From Okamejei kenojei (lineage: Eukaryota): a stretch of 64,000 nt of DNA. Where the stretch lies: the NCBI GenBank assembly GCA_035221665.1, contig CM069162.1, positions 24,180,001 to 24,244,000 of the forward strand, read 5' to 3'. This document shows positions 61,190 to 64,000 of this stretch, piece by piece. The position numbers and the translations under genes were made by a program. Position 1 is the stretch's first letter; every line of letters begins with the position of its first letter. The notes beneath the pieces were generated by a model. The model had not been told where the DNA came from. It searched no databases and saw nothing but the letters and a program-made list of their open reading frames with translations.

Positions 61190-62170
61190 TAAATGACCCA
61201 ACGGCTCAACAGGATTGCCCTAATAGCATAACTGAGATGTGGTTGAATGGTGACCAAGGTTGGGAACTTAATATTTCATGGTATTTGCCTTTTAGAAAGG
61301 GCAGATAAAATCAAAAAGATAGGGCGCTGGTTCAGAGCCATTTCTTTTTTTTTTTGCAGTCAGAAAGACTTGCGGGAGGGAACAATACAGTGAAATTAGT
61401 GTTGGATTACAGTGATAAAAGGCCAATAATGGGTGGACTCGCCTCCAGTCCTTTAAAAAATGGCAAGGGAGAATAAGCATGAATGAACTTGGCCCAAAAG
61501 AACAGAAAATAGAATCAGGCATGAAGTAACAAGGGAATAAACCAATTGTGGGAATTTACAGGCCCCTGAACAGCAGTTAAACTATAGGACAGGGAATGAA
61601 TACAGAGTTAGGATATTTGTAGCAAAGAGAATATGATAATCAAGATGGTCCATAAATGTAGTCATACAGAATGGACCAACCAAATCGGCAAAAATGGCTT
61701 GGAGGATGAGTTCAATTATAACAGTGTTTGGAGCAAAATGTCTATTTTAGACTTTGTGTGATGCGAGTTAATTAATTATGCCACAACAATGGATCATCGA
61801 GGGAAAAATGATCACAATATGATAACATTTTGTATTCAGTGCAAGAGAGATGCCGTTCAGTCATGAACTTGTTTCTTACTTTCAAGGAGTGAAAAAAAAG
61901 GGGAGATTGAACAATGAGATTAAAAGACTTTCCACTTGTTTAGCAAATTAATGAATGATATGTTACATAAGTCTCAATAACGATACATTCCATTGGGAAT
62001 TAAAAATTCCACCGGTTCCATCTGGAACCAATTGAGAAGGTCAAGAAACATATAAAAGGAATAGATTCTTAATTACATTCTTAATGTTGGCAAGAAGTGT
62101 GGTAAGTCTTAGATTTGGGAGGGGATAGGAAGCTCCGCAGATGGGCAAAATAATTGATGAGAAACATGAA
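61190..62170 (+). mobile_element. Old CR1 endonuclease-region remnant
   Basis: atagcataactgagatgtggttg (AITExWL), gtgggaatttacaggccc (GxYRP), aatgatcacaatatgata (DHNMI). Confidence 0.7.
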
Positions 62171-62199
62171 TTAGCAACAATACATCAAAATATTATAGT

Positions 62200-63350
62200 C
62201 ATGAAGTAGTACACGCACAGAAACCGGGACTTCAGTCCTCCATGTACCGGCCAACCACCTAATAGCCATTGTAGAATACCATTTTCCAACACTTGCCCCA
62301 TAGTTTTCTATGCCCTGGTGTTTAAAATCTTACATTCTTAAATGTAAGATCTCAGCCTTCACCATGCACATCTATCAGGATTCAATGCCATCTGCCCTTG
62401 CTCTGCCCATCTTACCAATACAACAATATCATTCTGCACCAATCCTAAGAGCACCCTCCTCACCATTGATAACACAACTCATTTTCATGCCATCTGCAAA
62501 TTACCAACCACACCTCAGTTCACATTCAAGTTATGAATGTGTATAATAAGCCCCATATCATAAATGCCTGTGGCGCACCAGCGACCACAGCCTTGCAATC
62601 ATAACAAGAACTCTCCACAGCATCACCATCTCCCATTGCCAAGCCAAATTTGGATACGATTTGCTAACTTGCTTTTTGGTTTAGTCTCCTGTGTAGGATC
62701 TTGTCAAAGGCCTTACTGAAATCCATGCAGACTACCTCCCGCCGCCATCAATACATCTTGTTAACTCTGAAAAATTTGCCAAACTGGTCAGACAGGATAA
62801 AGCCCTCAGAAATATATGCTCATTACCCTTTTTTAAATTCCCTGCTTTTCCAGGTTTTAATGTCAGATATACAGCATACAAACAGACCCCTCAGCCCACT
62901 GAATCCACGCCGACCATCGATCACTGGTTCACACTAATTCTATGTTGTCTCACTTTTACAGACGCCAGTAAATCTACAAACCCGCGCTTCTTTGGGATGT
63001 GGGAGGAAACTGAAGCATCCCGAGGAAATGCACGTGGTCGCAGACAGAATGTGCAAACTCTACACAGACAGCACCAAGATCAAGTTCCAACCTGGGTCTC
63101 TGGCATTGAGATGCAGCAGCTCCACTCACTTTGCCACTGTGCCACCCCATGTATCATTAATTTATCTCTCAGCATTTTCTTCCAATATTTCCTCAGCACT
63201 GACATTAGATTCACAGGCTGATAATTACTTGGCTCATCTATGCAGTTCTTCTCGAATAAAAATACCACATTTGCTGTCCTCCAGTCTGGCACCTGAGCTC
63301 TGAGCTAAAGTTCTCAGTCGGAGCCTGGCCTTCTTCTCCCTTGCCTTTCA
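62200..63350 (-). mobile_element. Old CR1 remnant hosting a V-SINE
   Basis: ORF 63080-63292 PDWRTANVVFLFEK…NYQPVNLMSV; ttgtcaaaggccttactgaaatccat is inverted DFSKAFD. Confidence 0.8.
62862..63148 (-). mobile_element. Full-length HE1-like V-SINE (tRNA head, V domain, CR1 tail)
   Basis: Minus strand: A-box-like TGGCACAGTGG; gagacccaggttggaac (B-box-like); V-domain tgtagagtttgcacattct…ttcctcccacatcccaaaga; CR1-type tail. Confidence 0.85.
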
Positions 63351-64000
63351 ACCTGTTTTGTCATTCAACATAGTCAGATTCTTAGGTAGCAAATACGTCT
63401 GGAGGTCAGTAAAAGAATACTTTGAAGTGTTTTTGCGTCATATTCTGTGTGCATCACTCTGAAGGATATTGAAGCCAGAGAATAGAACACCTCATTTTCA
63501 GAGATCAATTTATCAAAGCGGCCCAGACCCAGCCTTGATTGCTCTTTGTTTTAGCCACAGAACCTATACAGTCATAATAGCTTCTGTAATAGAACATGAA
63601 ATGCAAGATATTCTTTTTAGCAGTCATTTCTCAATACTCATTGGGGACAAGCATAAGTTGGAATAGAGATGGCTAAAGAATGGCATAAGTGTGATTTTCA
63701 AAGCGAGGAAAAGTTTGATGGAACAACTGGAAAACCTATTCTTTTAAGCAATGACCAGAGGTCAATTATTTAAAATGATTGTCATAAAACCTAAAAAGGG
63801 AATGCAGAAGATGCTTTCTGTAAATAAGGTGACTGTAGGAACAGCCAGTTGAAAAGTTGGTAGACGCAAATCTCTTAAACAATCTTGAAGGAAGATGGGG
63901 AACACACAGGGGATTAGACCAAAAAAAAGTGGATTTGGAATAAAGCAAAGGCATGACAAGCCAAATTCTGTGCAGTCGGTTTACTAAGGACCTGGACGTA

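Larger units (their letters stand above)
3014..64000 (-). other. CAMTA1: Large CAMTA1 intron upstream of the exon (continues beyond the window)
   Basis: The preceding exon (…KLLECLPKCSSLPKERHRWNTNE) was not found by eye. The orthologous intron is very large in mammals, and the region is dominated by repeats. Confidence 0.75.

Noticed and set aside
63060-63148. tRNA gene
   Set aside because: The A/B-box-like motifs belong to the SINE head; no cloverleaf.

Overview
Vertebrate intronic DNA, most likely from a cartilaginous fish such as a skate or ray (inferred from its CR1, HE1-type V-SINE, DeuSINE and Penelope repeat set). The only host coding sequence I can support is one 68-bp exon on the minus strand (2946-3013, EIAAYLITFEKHEEWLTTSPKTR), from the CG-1 DNA-binding domain of CAMTA1. 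The rest is very large intron filled with retroelements (CR1, L2, L1, Rex1/Babar, RTE-like, Penelope-like), SINEs, DNA-transposon MITEs (PIF/Harbinger-like x4, hAT, Tc1), microsatellites and one 651-N gap. Almost all other six-frame ORFs are repeat remnants or noise. Three signals stand out. (1) A ~140-bp SINE-like element whose 5' end is a compact HDV/CPEB3-type self-cleaving ribozyme (22685-22739, minus strand, so sense within the CAMTA1 pre-mRNA). (2) About 15 short, often fold-back Penelope-derived elements with minimal hammerhead ribozyme cores, several with 10-15-bp target-site duplications. (3) A 30-nt exact copy of 11910-11939 enclosed in a perfect 14-bp inverted repeat at 16099-16154. 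Repeat family names come from recognition by eye, and most repeat boundaries are approximate.
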